Both the position numbers and the translations under genes were made by a program. Shown piece by piece: positions 54,866-64,000 of a DNA stretch of 64,000 bases. The stretch is from Bdellovibrionales bacterium. GTDB lineage: Bacteria > Bdellovibrionota > Bdellovibrionia > Bdellovibrionales > UBA1609. Under the pieces are notes generated by a model that worked only from the letters and a program-made list of their open reading frames with translations, was not told the origin of the DNA and ran no database searches. Location: the NCBI GenBank assembly GCA_027459485.1, contig DAIDIG010000005.1, positions 154,222-218,221 on the forward strand. Direction: 5' to 3'. Within the stretch, counting starts at the first letter, position 1. The number at the start of each line of letters is the position of its first letter.

Positions 54866-55707
54866 GCGAGACGCGACTTTTGATTGATTTTGTCATGAGT
54901 GTCGCGCGCATTTCTCTCCCGCTGACACTCGCCGCACTCGCGGGGTTTTGGAGTGAAAAAAGCGGTACGTTTCAGGTCGGCCTTGAGGGATTTCTTCTTT
55001 TGGGCGCTTTATGCGGAGCCACATTCGCCAATTTGTTTCACTCGTTAGCTCCGGCCTTTGCGGCCACGATCATCGTCGGCGCGATCGCCGGGCTTCTGTT
55101 TTTCGTATTCTCAGGACTGCTCGAACTCGACGCCATTCTCGTCGGTCTTGTCTTTAACCTTCTCATCGCCGGCGTCGCGCCGTACGTGACGAAATTACTT
55201 TTTGGCTCGACGGCTTCGACCCCATTTTTGCCGCCGCAGTTGCACTGGACAGTTTTCCCGTACATTTGGCTTGCGTTCATATTTTTTGGCGGGGTTTTCG
55301 TATTTAACAAAACAGGTTTCGGCGTGCTTGTACGATTTGCGGGAGAAAAACCAGCCGCCATCGAATCCGCCGGCTATTCGGTCACACACGTCCGGCTTGC
55401 GTGCCTCGCTCTCTGCGGAGCGATTGCCGGCACTGGCGGCTTTTTCCTGAGTACTTATCTCGCTTCGAGCTATTCGCCGATGATGAGTGCGGGGCGCGGG
55501 TTCATCGCGCTTGCCGCCTTGATCTTTGCGCGCTGGCGGTGGACACAAACGTTTTTCGTCGCCGTATTGTTCGGTTTTTTCGAAGCTCTTGAAATTTATC
55601 TGCAAGGCTTGAGCAGCCCGCTGCCGGTGCAGTTTTTTCAGGCACTGCCGTACGTCGCAACCCTTGTGATACTCCTCTTGAATCGCAAGCCGGCGTTCAA
55701 GTGGTAA
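54862..55707 (+). CDS. ABC transporter permease
   Basis: It is a polytopic membrane protein and the last gene of the BMP operon. Confidence 0.8.
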   Translation: MSETRLLIDFVMSVARISLPLTLAALAGFWSEKSGTFQVGLEGFLLLGALCGATFANLFHSLAPAFAATIIVGAIAGLLFFVFSGLLELDAILVGLVFNLLIAGVAPYVTKLLFGSTASTPFLPPQLHWTVFPYIWLAFIFFGGVFVFNKTGFGVLVRFAGEKPAAIESAGYSVTHVRLACLALCGAIAGTGGFFLSTYLASSYSPMMSAGRGFIALAALIFARWRWTQTFFVAVLFGFFEALEIYLQGLSSPLPVQFFQALPYVATLVILLLNRKPAFKW

Positions 55708-55740
55708 ATACCTGCGATTCAAAATAGTGGGTCAAGGCAT

Positions 55741-56736
55741 TTAGCCGTTCAGCGCCACACACGCCGCACCTAGAAGGCCGGCTTCGTCGCGAAACCGTGA
55801 GATCTTTAGATGCGGCAGCATATCGATGCCAACCCGGTGCATTTTCAAAAGCTCGGCGAGTCGAGCTTCGGTTCGCGGCAAAAACAAATCAGAGGCATTC
55901 GAAAAACCGCCGCTCAAAACGACAATTTGGGGCGCGAACAGCATCGCTTGCGAATACAAAAAATAGCTGAGCTTTTCACCGTACTCGTTGAACGCTTCAA
56001 CCGCGCGGCGATCACCGTCGCGGGCTTCGGCGACCAACTCTTCGCCCCGCAGCTGCGGTCGCGACCATAAACGCGCAAGGTTTTTAGTAAAGTTCACGCC
56101 CGACAAATATGCTTCGGCACAACCATAATTACCGCAGCCGCATTGCCACTCCTTCTCAAGGTAATTGAGAACAATGTGACCGCCCTCGGTATGGAGGTGT
56201 TGCCCCGCGCGCACAAGTGATCCATTTGCAATAATACCGAGGCCTAGGCCCGTCCCGAGTGTCACGATCGCCGAATTTTTGTATCGTCGCGCTTCGCCAA
56301 TCCACGACTCAGCCAACGCCGCCGCCGCCGCGTCGTTTTCAAGCCGCATCGGGATTTTCAGCGCTTTCGAAACGTCGCGCGCAAGCGGCGTCACTCCCCA
56401 AAATTCGCGGTCGCTTTTGAGGTTGGTCGGGTTGAGAAGCCGGCCTCGAACGGGGTCAAGCGGGCCGGCTGCCGCTATCGCACCTCGCTTCAGATCGAAT
56501 TTCTTAACGATAGGCTTGGCGAGCTTCACCATTTGCTGAACCAACCCCTTGTAACCCTCGGTGAGGTTCACGCGCTCTCGCGCGAGCTCCAGAATTCGAC
56601 CGCGCCGATCGACCGCCGCCACCAAAATCTTCGTGCCACCCAGGTCGATGGCCAAAACACTTTTAGCGGGTCGCGCTTTGAAGCTTGGTTTTCGTGATTT
56701 TTTTGCCAAGTTCGACCCCCGGTTGATTGAAAACAT
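55741..56736 (-). CDS. glk: ROK-family glucokinase
   Basis: LAIDLGGTK and the ROK zinc motif CGCGNYGCAEAY are present. The ATG at 56736 overlaps pgi by 74 bp. An alternative TTG just after the pgi stop would give MAIDLGGTK. Confidence 0.8.
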   Translation of the reverse strand: MFSINRGSNLAKKSRKPSFKARPAKSVLAIDLGGTKILVAAVDRRGRILELARERVNLTEGYKGLVQQMVKLAKPIVKKFDLKRGAIAAAGPLDPVRGRLLNPTNLKSDREFWGVTPLARDVSKALKIPMRLENDAAAAALAESWIGEARRYKNSAIVTLGTGLGLGIIANGSLVRAGQHLHTEGGHIVLNYLEKEWQCGCGNYGCAEAYLSGVNFTKNLARLWSRPQLRGEELVAEARDGDRRAVEAFNEYGEKLSYFLYSQAMLFAPQIVVLSGGFSNASDLFLPRTEARLAELLKMHRVGIDMLPHLKISRFRDEAGLLGAACVALNG

Positions 56737-57850
56737 CTACGTCTAACAGTTCACCTAAGGCGCCGACAACCAATTCGAATGTCATCATAAGATAACCCAA
56801 AGTCGAAGCCGAAAAATCCGGGATTTCTAAACTCATCGTCGTTCGCCCCGCTTCTTTCAGAGCTTGTTCCGTCGAGCGCGACTGGGTGTCGAACACTTCG
56901 CCCAATCTATACGATTTTAAGTACGAATAACCGTCTATAGTTTCGCCGTTAAGTTCCGGCCCAGACGACTGCTTCTGCTTGTCGCGAATAAAAACAATCG
57001 CGGTTGGGGTCACTCCCTCCATCAACTGCTGCAAGACCGAATGTTGATCGCACGTACCTTCGTACGCCACTGGCACACTTGTCGCTATGCTACAATGCTC
57101 GCCATTTCGCTTTTTGCCTTTGCCTAGAGATTCGGCCCAAAGTTGCTGCAGCCAAGGTAAAAATGAATGGAGCTCATCGACGTAACTCCAAAAGGCTGTG
57201 ATCACTTCTCCACGCTTGAAACTTTCGAAAAACTTGGCCGCCCAATCATCAACCACTTTACGCTCGGCCACGGCGCGCTGAGCCCCCATGCGCAACTCAT
57301 GTAGTTTTACCCCCGCAAACGCAGCGGGAATCAGCCCCACCGGTGTCAGCGCCGAAAAACGCCCGCCCACGTCGAGCGGATGGTCGATAATATGCAATGA
57401 CTTTTCTTCGGCCCAGCGGCGAAGTGGATTTTTGACGCCATCACTATTCGCGGGTTCGGTGATGACGGATAGACGTGAAGATATGTTACGCGCATTCAAT
57501 CGCGGCAATAAGACGTCGAGCATACATGCGAGTTCAAGGGTCGTGCCGCTTTTCGACACAGCCAAGAAATGAGCGGACTCCAGCAATTCACTGGCGCCCA
57601 GAACCCGTGCGAAATCTGTCGGGTCGGAGTTTGCCAGGAATGTCACACGCGTTGGATGCTCGCCGAGACATTCGACCAAACACTTGCCCCCGAGAGCGCT
57701 ACCGCCCATCCCCAGCACCACGAGATGATCCGCGTGTTCTTTTAAGCGCCCGGCAAATTGTTGCGACTCACGCCAAATGCTTTCTCGCTCCGGCAATTGC
57801 CAAAACCCGAGATCTTTTCTTGAGAGAATTATGTCGATTGGTGATTTCAT
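56663..57850 (-). CDS. pgi: glucose-6-phosphate isomerase (short form)
   Basis: LGMGGSALG, VSKSGTTLE and GGRFS are present. Confidence 0.85.
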   Translation of the reverse strand: MKSPIDIILSRKDLGFWQLPERESIWRESQQFAGRLKEHADHLVVLGMGGSALGGKCLVECLGEHPTRVTFLANSDPTDFARVLGASELLESAHFLAVSKSGTTLELACMLDVLLPRLNARNISSRLSVITEPANSDGVKNPLRRWAEEKSLHIIDHPLDVGGRFSALTPVGLIPAAFAGVKLHELRMGAQRAVAERKVVDDWAAKFFESFKRGEVITAFWSYVDELHSFLPWLQQLWAESLGKGKKRNGEHCSIATSVPVAYEGTCDQHSVLQQLMEGVTPTAIVFIRDKQKQSSGPELNGETIDGYSYLKSYRLGEVFDTQSRSTEQALKEAGRTTMSLEIPDFSASTLGYLMMTFELVVGALGELLDVDVFNQPGVELGKKITKTKLQSATR

Positions 57851-57877
57851 CGTTGAACTTTTTATATTATTGCCGTC

Positions 57878-59278
57878 CTAAGATCTATTGTAGTCGTCCT
57901 CAATGCGAACGATATCGTCTTCGCCGAAATATTCGCCTGTCTGCACTTCTATAATCACGAGCGGGCCGGACCCGGCGTTACGAATGCGGTGTTTTTGCCG
58001 ACGTCGCGCCGTAAAGCTGTCGCCCGCTTTTAACTTTTTCGAATGATCTTCAAGCAGGATTTCGGCTTCGCCGTCAACAACTACCCAATGCTCATCGCGT
58101 CGCGCATGAACTTGAAACGACATGCGCGCACCCACGTCGATGGTCAGGCGTTTGACCTTGAATCGCTCATCATCAAGAAGGATATCAAAGCCGCCCCAAG
58201 GCCGCACTTCAAAGCGATGCTCGTCGGCAACCGGCAACCGCGCCTCACGAATGCTCGCAACCAGATCTTTGACCTTTTGTGACTGCCCCCGTCGCGCCAC
58301 CAGAAGTGCGTCCGCCGTGTCGACCACGATCAAATTTTCGACACCGCAGAGAGCGACGGTTTTGGCTTGCGGCGAATACACGAAATTCTGCAAAGATTCT
58401 TGACGAAACACCATAGCCTTTGAATCGATCGGCACATTTTCTTCTTGAAGCCGCGCCAATTCATCCCACGACCCAACGTCACTCCAACCGAAATTCGCGG
58501 GAATGCAAATCATGTCGGCGCGATCCTTGTCGCTCAACACCTCGAGAAGGCCGTGGTCGAGGCTTTTTGATTCGATATTCGCGTAAATGTATTTCAAATT
58601 GCTGAGATCCGGCTTGATCGAACGAATTTTATGCCAAATCTCGGGCAAATATTGAGCGAATAATTCGCCCAGGTGATCGAGTCGAAAATAAAAAATACCC
58701 GAGTTCCAAAAAAAATCGCGAGAGCGAAAAAACTTTTCGGCTCTTTCGGCATCGGGCTTCTCATAAAACCGTTCGACCGCGCCGTCGGCTAGCCGGTGGA
58801 TGTAACCATATCCGGTTGAAGCCGCATTTGGTTTGATACCGAACATGACAATATTCCGCCCTGCCGCCAGTTTCTCCGCTTGTCGCATTGAGGCTAAAAA
58901 TTCCGCCTCATTTGTGATCAAGTGATCAGCAGGGAATACGCCAATAACCGTTTGCGGCTTCACGCCTTCATTCAGCAGCACATGAGTTAATAGCGCCACT
59001 GCGGGAGCCGTATTTTTACCATACGGTTCAGCCAGGACGGCGGATCGCTCCAATCCCGTTTCGACAAGTGTTCGCTCGGTCATGCCGCGCATAGACTCGA
59101 GCGTCACCACCCGCGGTGAACCTAAATTCTTCACGCGATCCAGTGTTTGCCGCAAAAACGAATGATCAAAAAATTCAGCGAACTGTTTGGGGTAGGATTC
59201 GCGCGAAACAGGCCACAAACGCGTTCCACTTCCGCCCGATAATACAATTGGCACCATGGGCAAAAATTCTAAGCCCAA
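57878..59278 (-). CDS. manC: mannose-1-phosphate guanylyltransferase / mannose-6-phosphate isomerase
   Basis: The N-terminus reads VLSGGSGTRLWPVSR and the C-terminus is a cupin (HRIRNAGSGPLVIIEVQTGEYFGEDDIVRIEDDY). The track start is TTG; the ATG at 59257 is the likely start. Confidence 0.88.
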   Translation of the reverse strand: MGLEFLPMVPIVLSGGSGTRLWPVSRESYPKQFAEFFDHSFLRQTLDRVKNLGSPRVVTLESMRGMTERTLVETGLERSAVLAEPYGKNTAPAVALLTHVLLNEGVKPQTVIGVFPADHLITNEAEFLASMRQAEKLAAGRNIVMFGIKPNAASTGYGYIHRLADGAVERFYEKPDAERAEKFFRSRDFFWNSGIFYFRLDHLGELFAQYLPEIWHKIRSIKPDLSNLKYIYANIESKSLDHGLLEVLSDKDRADMICIPANFGWSDVGSWDELARLQEENVPIDSKAMVFRQESLQNFVYSPQAKTVALCGVENLIVVDTADALLVARRGQSQKVKDLVASIREARLPVADEHRFEVRPWGGFDILLDDERFKVKRLTIDVGARMSFQVHARRDEHWVVVDGEAEILLEDHSKKLKAGDSFTARRRQKHRIRNAGSGPLVIIEVQTGEYFGEDDIVRIEDDYNRS

Positions 59279-59402
59279 CCATGCGACTTGCCTAGCAATT
59301 ATCCAACCTGTTCATCATTTTAAGTTGACTCAAATTCCCACTGCGACGACGATAGCGCGAAAAGGCGGCAGCCGTTCCAGTGCTGACGCGCGGAGCGAAA
59401 CC

Positions 59403-60506
59403 ATGCAATTTATCGACCTTAAGCCACAGTATAAAGCCCTCAAGACTGAAATTGACGAACGTATTCAGCGCGTGCTGGAGCACGGCCAGTTCATCCTGGG
59501 CCCCGAAGTTCGTGAATGTGAAGAAAATCTCAAAAAATTTATCGGCTCAAAACATGCGATCACCTGTTCCAACGGCACGATCGCGTTGCAAATGGCTCTC
59601 ATGGCATACGGGATCGGCCCCGGCGATGAAGTCATCACGACGGCATTCTCATTTATCGCCACAGCCGAAGTTCTTGTTTTAGTCGGCGCGACGCCAGTTT
59701 TTGTCGACGTCAACCCCGAGACCTACAACATCGACGTCAAACAAATTGAATCGGCGATCACTGCGAAGACAAAGGCTATTATGCCGGTTTCTCTTTACGG
59801 GCAGCCGGCCGATATGGACGAAATCAATGCGATCGCGAAAAGGCGCGGCTTGATCGTCATCGAAGACGCCGCGCAAAGTTTCGGCGCTCCGTACAAAAAT
59901 CACCGCAGCTGTAATTTGAGCGACATTGGCTGCACAAGTTTCTTTCCCGCCAAGCCGCTCGGTTGCTTCGGTGATGGCGGCGCTATTTTTACGAATGACG
60001 ATGCGCTAGCAGAGAAATTGGTCTCAATCCGAATGCACGGCATGGGCTCGCACCGCTACCAACATTCGCGTGTGGGTCTCAACGGCCGTCTCGACAGCCT
60101 CCAATGCTCAGTCTTAAGCGCCAAACTGAGCCGCTATCCGTGGGAGCTCGAACGCCGCAACACCATCGCCGCAAAATACACCCAAGCATTTACCGAACTC
60201 TCGAGCTACGGCGTACGCACACCCACGATCGCCGCCGATCGCGGTTCGGTTTGGGCGCAGTACACGCTGTGGGTACCTGACCGTGCAAAATTTCAGTCTA
60301 AGTTGCAAGAAAAGGGAGTGCCGACCGCGGTTCATTACCCCATGACGATGGCCGACCAGCCAGCCTACCAGAACGTCAGTCGCGCTCATGATATCAGGCA
60401 TGCGCGAGCGGCCGCCGAACACGTCGTGAGTTTGCCGATGTATCCCGACATGACCCCCGACGTTCAAAGTCAAATCATCGAAGCCGTGCGCGCGGTCTTT
60501 TCGTAA
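59403..60506 (+). CDS. DegT/DnrJ/EryC1/StrS-family sugar aminotransferase
   Basis: The N-terminus is MQFIDLKPQY... and the PLP-lysine context is FFPAKPLGCFGDGGAIFTND. I moved the start to the ATG at 59403 (codon 50 of the track ORF). Confidence 0.85.
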   Translation: MQFIDLKPQYKALKTEIDERIQRVLEHGQFILGPEVRECEENLKKFIGSKHAITCSNGTIALQMALMAYGIGPGDEVITTAFSFIATAEVLVLVGATPVFVDVNPETYNIDVKQIESAITAKTKAIMPVSLYGQPADMDEINAIAKRRGLIVIEDAAQSFGAPYKNHRSCNLSDIGCTSFFPAKPLGCFGDGGAIFTNDDALAEKLVSIRMHGMGSHRYQHSRVGLNGRLDSLQCSVLSAKLSRYPWELERRNTIAAKYTQAFTELSSYGVRTPTIAADRGSVWAQYTLWVPDRAKFQSKLQEKGVPTAVHYPMTMADQPAYQNVSRAHDIRHARAAAEHVVSLPMYPDMTPDVQSQIIEAVRAVFS

Positions 60507-60520
60507 AGAGGGTTTTATCC

Positions 60521-61048
60521 ATGACACTACTTCTCAAACAAATTTTTGGCTTGGTTCGGCTGCTCAACTCTGAAACCGGCACCAATCAAATTGCCGCCGG
60601 TATTGCGGCTGGTTTTGTGCTCGGCATGACTCCGTTCTTCAGTTTGCAATCGATCTTAATATTTATGTGTCTATTTCTTTTTCGCGTTCAAATCGGCGCG
60701 GCTTTTCTCTCGGCTTTCTTTTTCAAATTCGTGGCCTATTTATTCGACCCAGCCTTTGACTTAATCGGTGGAGTGATTTTGCAATTGCCCTCGTTTCAGG
60801 GCCTTTTTACCGACCTCTACAATATGCCGATCGTCCCGATGACTCGCTTTAATAACACAGTGGTTATGGGTTCGGGGGTTGTGTCACTCGTTCTATCTCC
60901 GTTTGTTTTTATACTCAGCAGATTGGCCGTTTTAAAATACCGGGCGACTGTCGTGGCGCGGATCAAGGGCACCAAGTTTTGGAAGGCTATTCAAGCGACC
61001 TCATTTTTTAAATGGTACTACAAATATGAAAAAATCACCCAGCACTGA
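60521..61048 (+). CDS. small membrane protein resembling the TIGR03546 family
   Basis: LLNSETGTNQIAAGIAAGFVLGMTPFFSLQS plus 3-4 TM helices are present. The family call is from memory. It overlaps the next gene by 23 bp. Confidence 0.45.
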   Translation: MTLLLKQIFGLVRLLNSETGTNQIAAGIAAGFVLGMTPFFSLQSILIFMCLFLFRVQIGAAFLSAFFFKFVAYLFDPAFDLIGGVILQLPSFQGLFTDLYNMPIVPMTRFNNTVVMGSGVVSLVLSPFVFILSRLAVLKYRATVVARIKGTKFWKAIQATSFFKWYYKYEKITQH

Positions 61049-63014
61049 TCCGACATCGCCAACAAATCCTGTTCAGCCCGCTCAATCGAACCCACCTCCG
61101 CCGAAAGGTCCGATTCGCACAGGCGCCGTTGTTCCGGCACTCATTATCTTCGTCATTGCCTTTGTCTTTTTTCACTTTTTTTTCGATTGGAGTTTAAAGC
61201 GCGGACTTGAGTGGACAGGTACGCACGTGTACGGCGCCGAAGTCGACATCGGCTCTGTAAAAACGAGTTTTCTCGATGGGTCGATTCGCATCCGAAACAT
61301 TGAAGTCACAGACAAACAAAGCCCCGCTCTCGATTTCATTCGACTCGGCGATATTCATTTCGGATTTCTTTGGGACGCCCTCTTAAGATTAAAATTTGTC
61401 GTCAATAACGCCGGTATCAATGGCATTGAACTCTATCCACCGCGAACTCGCGTCGGTTGGGTGAAACCGCCTGAGCCGCCCCATCCGGCTTCTACTCAGC
61501 CGAACAGTCAACCATCGACCGCAGATACCATTGAACAATCGGTGAAAAGCCAGGTTCAAAACCTGTCTCCCGGCGATTCACTGAGCGGCCTTTCAAGCTT
61601 GCTTCAAGGCACCGCTCAAGGAGCACTTCTTAACAATTTACAAGGCGGGTTGAAATCCGAGGCTGCGATCAAGAACCTTCAGACTGAACTTGCCGAAAAA
61701 CAAAAAGAATGGACCGCTCGAATTAATGCCCTACCGCAGAAAAAAGATTTTGAAAGCATCATCAATCGCGCCAAAGCACTGAAGTTTGATACTCGAAATC
61801 CGCGCCAATTCGCTGCCGATTTGCAAACTGCGGCCGAGCTCAAAAAAGAACTGGACGAAAAGTTGCGTGAGGTAAAGGGCACAACCGACGCATTGAACTC
61901 CGATGTAAAAAATTTGACCTCTCAATACAAAGGCATCGATGGCCTTGTGCAACAGGATGTCGCGACAGCTGAAGCCGGCTTACATGTCGGCAATCTAGAT
62001 TCCAAGGCTCTCACGCGCGTATTGTTCATGAATTTTCTCGCGCAAAAGCTCGGCGCCTATGCGAAATACATCGCTCTTGCCCGCCACTATTTGGCATCGA
62101 AAAAGTCGTCCGCGAGTAAATCGAACTCATCCAACACAGCGTTTATACCTCACGCGCGAAGCAAAGGACGGACGATTCGCTTTCCGATTACGACAGGCTA
62201 TCCGCTATTTTGGCTGAAGCGGGCTGATATCAGTTCGAAAGCGACGGATTCGGGGTTTTCCGGTAACATTTCGGGCGCTCTTACGAACGTCACGACTGAT
62301 CCGGCTCTGGTTGGGCAGCCGGCTGTACTGGATGTGAAGGGTGACTTCCCGTATGCTCACGTCGAGCAGGTCCATATCAATGTGACGATCGATCACGTGC
62401 ACACCCCTATTGATACAACCGAAATTTCGGTTGGAGCCTACCCAGTCTCTAACATGAAGCTCGTCGATAGTGCGGATTTGCATTTGGGGCTAAAGCAAGC
62501 GGTTGGATCTTCGCTAATGCGTGCCGCATACAAGGATGCTTCGTTGAACTTTCAGCTCACAAATACGTTTTCAACGGTCAGCTACAATGTCGAATCATCC
62601 ACCACGCAGGTGAAGCAGATTTTAGCTTCAATTTTCTCAGGCATTCCAACTGTCACTCTCGATGCAACGGCTTCGGGGACTCTCGATCATCTTGACGTTG
62701 CTATGAACTCTAACTTGGGCGATGCTTTGGCCAGCGGGCTCAGCCGTTATTTTCAAAAGCAAATTGATAGCTTGCGCGCCAACATTCAAAAACAGATCGA
62801 AGACAAAATCGCAGGCCCTAAACAACAATTGAATCAACAAATCGAGCAAGCGCATGGGCAGATGAATCAATTGCTCGGCGCTAAAAAGGCGGAAGTGTCC
62901 CAGGCACAAAATGCCGTCACTCATCAGACCAGCGGCCGGGGGTCTCCGCTGAATAAAGCCACTGACCAGCTCAAGAAAGCGGGCGAAAAATTACTTAAAG
63001 GGTTGAATTTCTGA
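61026..63014 (+). CDS. large anchored protein resembling the TIGR03545 family (AsmA-like N-terminus, coiled-coil middle)
   Basis: An N-terminal TM helix is followed by LKRGLEWTGTHVYGAEVDIGSVKTSFLDGSIRIRNIEVTD. Helical Q/K/E-rich segments follow. The family call is from memory. Confidence 0.45.
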   Translation: MKKSPSTDPTSPTNPVQPAQSNPPPPKGPIRTGAVVPALIIFVIAFVFFHFFFDWSLKRGLEWTGTHVYGAEVDIGSVKTSFLDGSIRIRNIEVTDKQSPALDFIRLGDIHFGFLWDALLRLKFVVNNAGINGIELYPPRTRVGWVKPPEPPHPASTQPNSQPSTADTIEQSVKSQVQNLSPGDSLSGLSSLLQGTAQGALLNNLQGGLKSEAAIKNLQTELAEKQKEWTARINALPQKKDFESIINRAKALKFDTRNPRQFAADLQTAAELKKELDEKLREVKGTTDALNSDVKNLTSQYKGIDGLVQQDVATAEAGLHVGNLDSKALTRVLFMNFLAQKLGAYAKYIALARHYLASKKSSASKSNSSNTAFIPHARSKGRTIRFPITTGYPLFWLKRADISSKATDSGFSGNISGALTNVTTDPALVGQPAVLDVKGDFPYAHVEQVHINVTIDHVHTPIDTTEISVGAYPVSNMKLVDSADLHLGLKQAVGSSLMRAAYKDASLNFQLTNTFSTVSYNVESSTTQVKQILASIFSGIPTVTLDATASGTLDHLDVAMNSNLGDALASGLSRYFQKQIDSLRANIQKQIEDKIAGPKQQLNQQIEQAHGQMNQLLGAKKAEVSQAQNAVTHQTSGRGSPLNKATDQLKKAGEKLLKGLNF

Positions 63015-63604
63015 TCGATATACTGACCAGACCGCCTTGCCCGCCATCGTTTCCGTTTAAAGTTTTTCAGCAGTGGCGAAACCGAAGCGCCACTACATAC
63101 GCTGTCGAAATCGGCTGCGGAGTTGGATTTCATCCCATAATGTGGGCCAAAAGCCATCCGAGCGGCCAAATACTTGCAATCGAACGCACGAGCGAAAAGT
63201 ACGCCAAGTTCAAGAGGCGCCTTGATCACCACCCCGACGTCCAAGACCGAGTTTTTGCGGCTCATGCCGATGCCGCCTGGCTTGTACCGTGGCTGTCAGA
63301 AACCATCGATCATTGTTTCTGGTTGTATCCCAACCCCGAACCTAAACGCCGCAACCATCGAATCGCGCATTCAAAACTGACAAGTCTAGTCGTTGAAATG
63401 ATTAAGCCAGGCGGGCAGCTTACCATTGCCACAAATGTGGAATCATATGCCGAGGAACTCCGAGTCGAATTACCTCGACGTTTTAATTTAGAACTCGCTT
63501 TCGATGAAAAATGGAGTCTCGACCGAGGGGCGCGATCGCACTTCGAAAAAAAGTATCTCGCGCGTGGCGAGCCATGTTTCAATTTGGAATTTGTTAAATA
63601 TTAA
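63011..63604 (+). CDS. trmB: tRNA (guanine-N7)-methyltransferase TrmB-like
   Basis: AVEIGCGVG, LYPNPEPKRRNHR and SHFEKKYLARGE are present. The track ORF starts at ATG 63140, after the SAM-binding motif. The frame is open from 62999, and I propose the CTG at 63011 (see finding). The start is uncertain. Confidence 0.6.
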   Translation: MIDILTRPPCPPSFPFKVFQQWRNRSATTYAVEIGCGVGFHPIMWAKSHPSGQILAIERTSEKYAKFKRRLDHHPDVQDRVFAAHADAAWLVPWLSETIDHCFWLYPNPEPKRRNHRIAHSKLTSLVVEMIKPGGQLTIATNVESYAEELRVELPRRFNLELAFDEKWSLDRGARSHFEKKYLARGEPCFNLEFVKY

Positions 63605-63627
63605 GATGGTCTTTCGACCACCGTCAC

Positions 63628-64000
63628 TTAGTACATTGGGCACTGGTACGAAACGTTAACGGTAATTCCGTTCGGCAGACTTCCAAATGTTATACGATTC
63701 TGAGAATCGATATTGTAAGTCAACTGAGATGCCGGTAGCACCGGCGAAGTCGATATCGACAGATTGAGCGGATTACACGCAAGTTGTATGGGCGATCTTT
63801 GACTATTGTTTGCGACAATCGACCCAATGTTCGAGAGTTGCGACGTATAATCGGACGCGCAAACATTCCCGACAGCGCCCGGCACGATATTGCCAAGAGA
63901 AGTCAGCGACGAATCGGGTGATGCCAAAGACATTAAAGTATTTCCGACAATTCCCCATGTCCAAATAGTCGTGCCGTTATAAGTGTACTCATGGGTATCC
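63628..64000 (-). CDS. hypothetical protein, C-terminal part (the 5' end is beyond the window)
   Basis: The frame stays open from the stop at 63628 to the window edge (...DTHEYTYNGTTIWTWGIVGNTLMSLASP...). The composition is Ser/Asn/Gly-rich. I recognised no family. Confidence 0.4.
   Translation of the reverse strand, partial: DTHEYTYNGTTIWTWGIVGNTLMSLASPDSSLTSLGNIVPGAVGNVCASDYTSQLSNIGSIVANNSQRSPIQLACNPLNLSISTSPVLPASQLTYNIDSQNRITFGSLPNGITVNVSYQCPMY

Overview
This is a gene-dense 64-kb chromosomal window with about 65 protein genes and one tRNA. I found no rRNA, no CRISPR array and no intact mobile element. Most of it is housekeeping: ribE-ribB, rlmN, a heptose-7-P kinase, glutamate dehydrogenase, pyrD, a MutT-like NUDIX hydrolase, IHF-beta, EpmA, gcvP, mtnA-mtnP, an H+-pyrophosphatase, an MsbA-like exporter, ribosomal proteins L28 and S18, a BMP-type ABC importer, glk-pgi-manC and a DegT-type aminotransferase. 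Several lineage markers point to a Bdellovibrio-like (Bdellovibrionota) predator: a delta-60-repeat lipoprotein, a TIGR02147-like protein, an FHA-GGDEF cyclase with DgcB-type architecture, recurring FQNC lipoboxes, and many small secreted orphan proteins. That assignment is inference from memory, not a computed result. Two regions stand out. (i) At 39.2-47.2 kb, an accessory block starts directly after tRNA-Pro(UGG). It carries a short transposase-like HTH remnant and then eight genes, almost all with signal peptides. They include a ParB/Srx-like putative nuclease, an HExxH protein co-transcribed with a TIGR02147-like protein, a GH5 glycanase, an Ig-like Cys-rich lipoprotein and four orphans. 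(ii) At 9.5-15.2 kb there is a tightly packed six-gene minus-strand cluster: XRE-HTH, rlmN, coiled-coil protein, sensor-GGDEF, metallophosphoesterase, FHA-GGDEF. I recognised no EAL or HD-GYP partner for it in the window. Smaller oddities are also reported. Two conserved enzymes (pyrD, trmB-like) have conserved N-termini upstream of any ATG/GTG/TTG and abutting the upstream stop codon. An L24-like KOW protein is translationally coupled to rpmB. A TIGR03546/TIGR03545-like pair of unknown function is present. A 12-bp-stem hairpin spans the start codon of the BMP lipoprotein gene. An SD-sequestering palindrome sits before gdh, and several convergent or divergent gene pairs overlap. Limits: I had no tools, so family names come from motif recognition and memory, no composition statistics were computed, and hand-located coordinates may be off by 1-2 nt.
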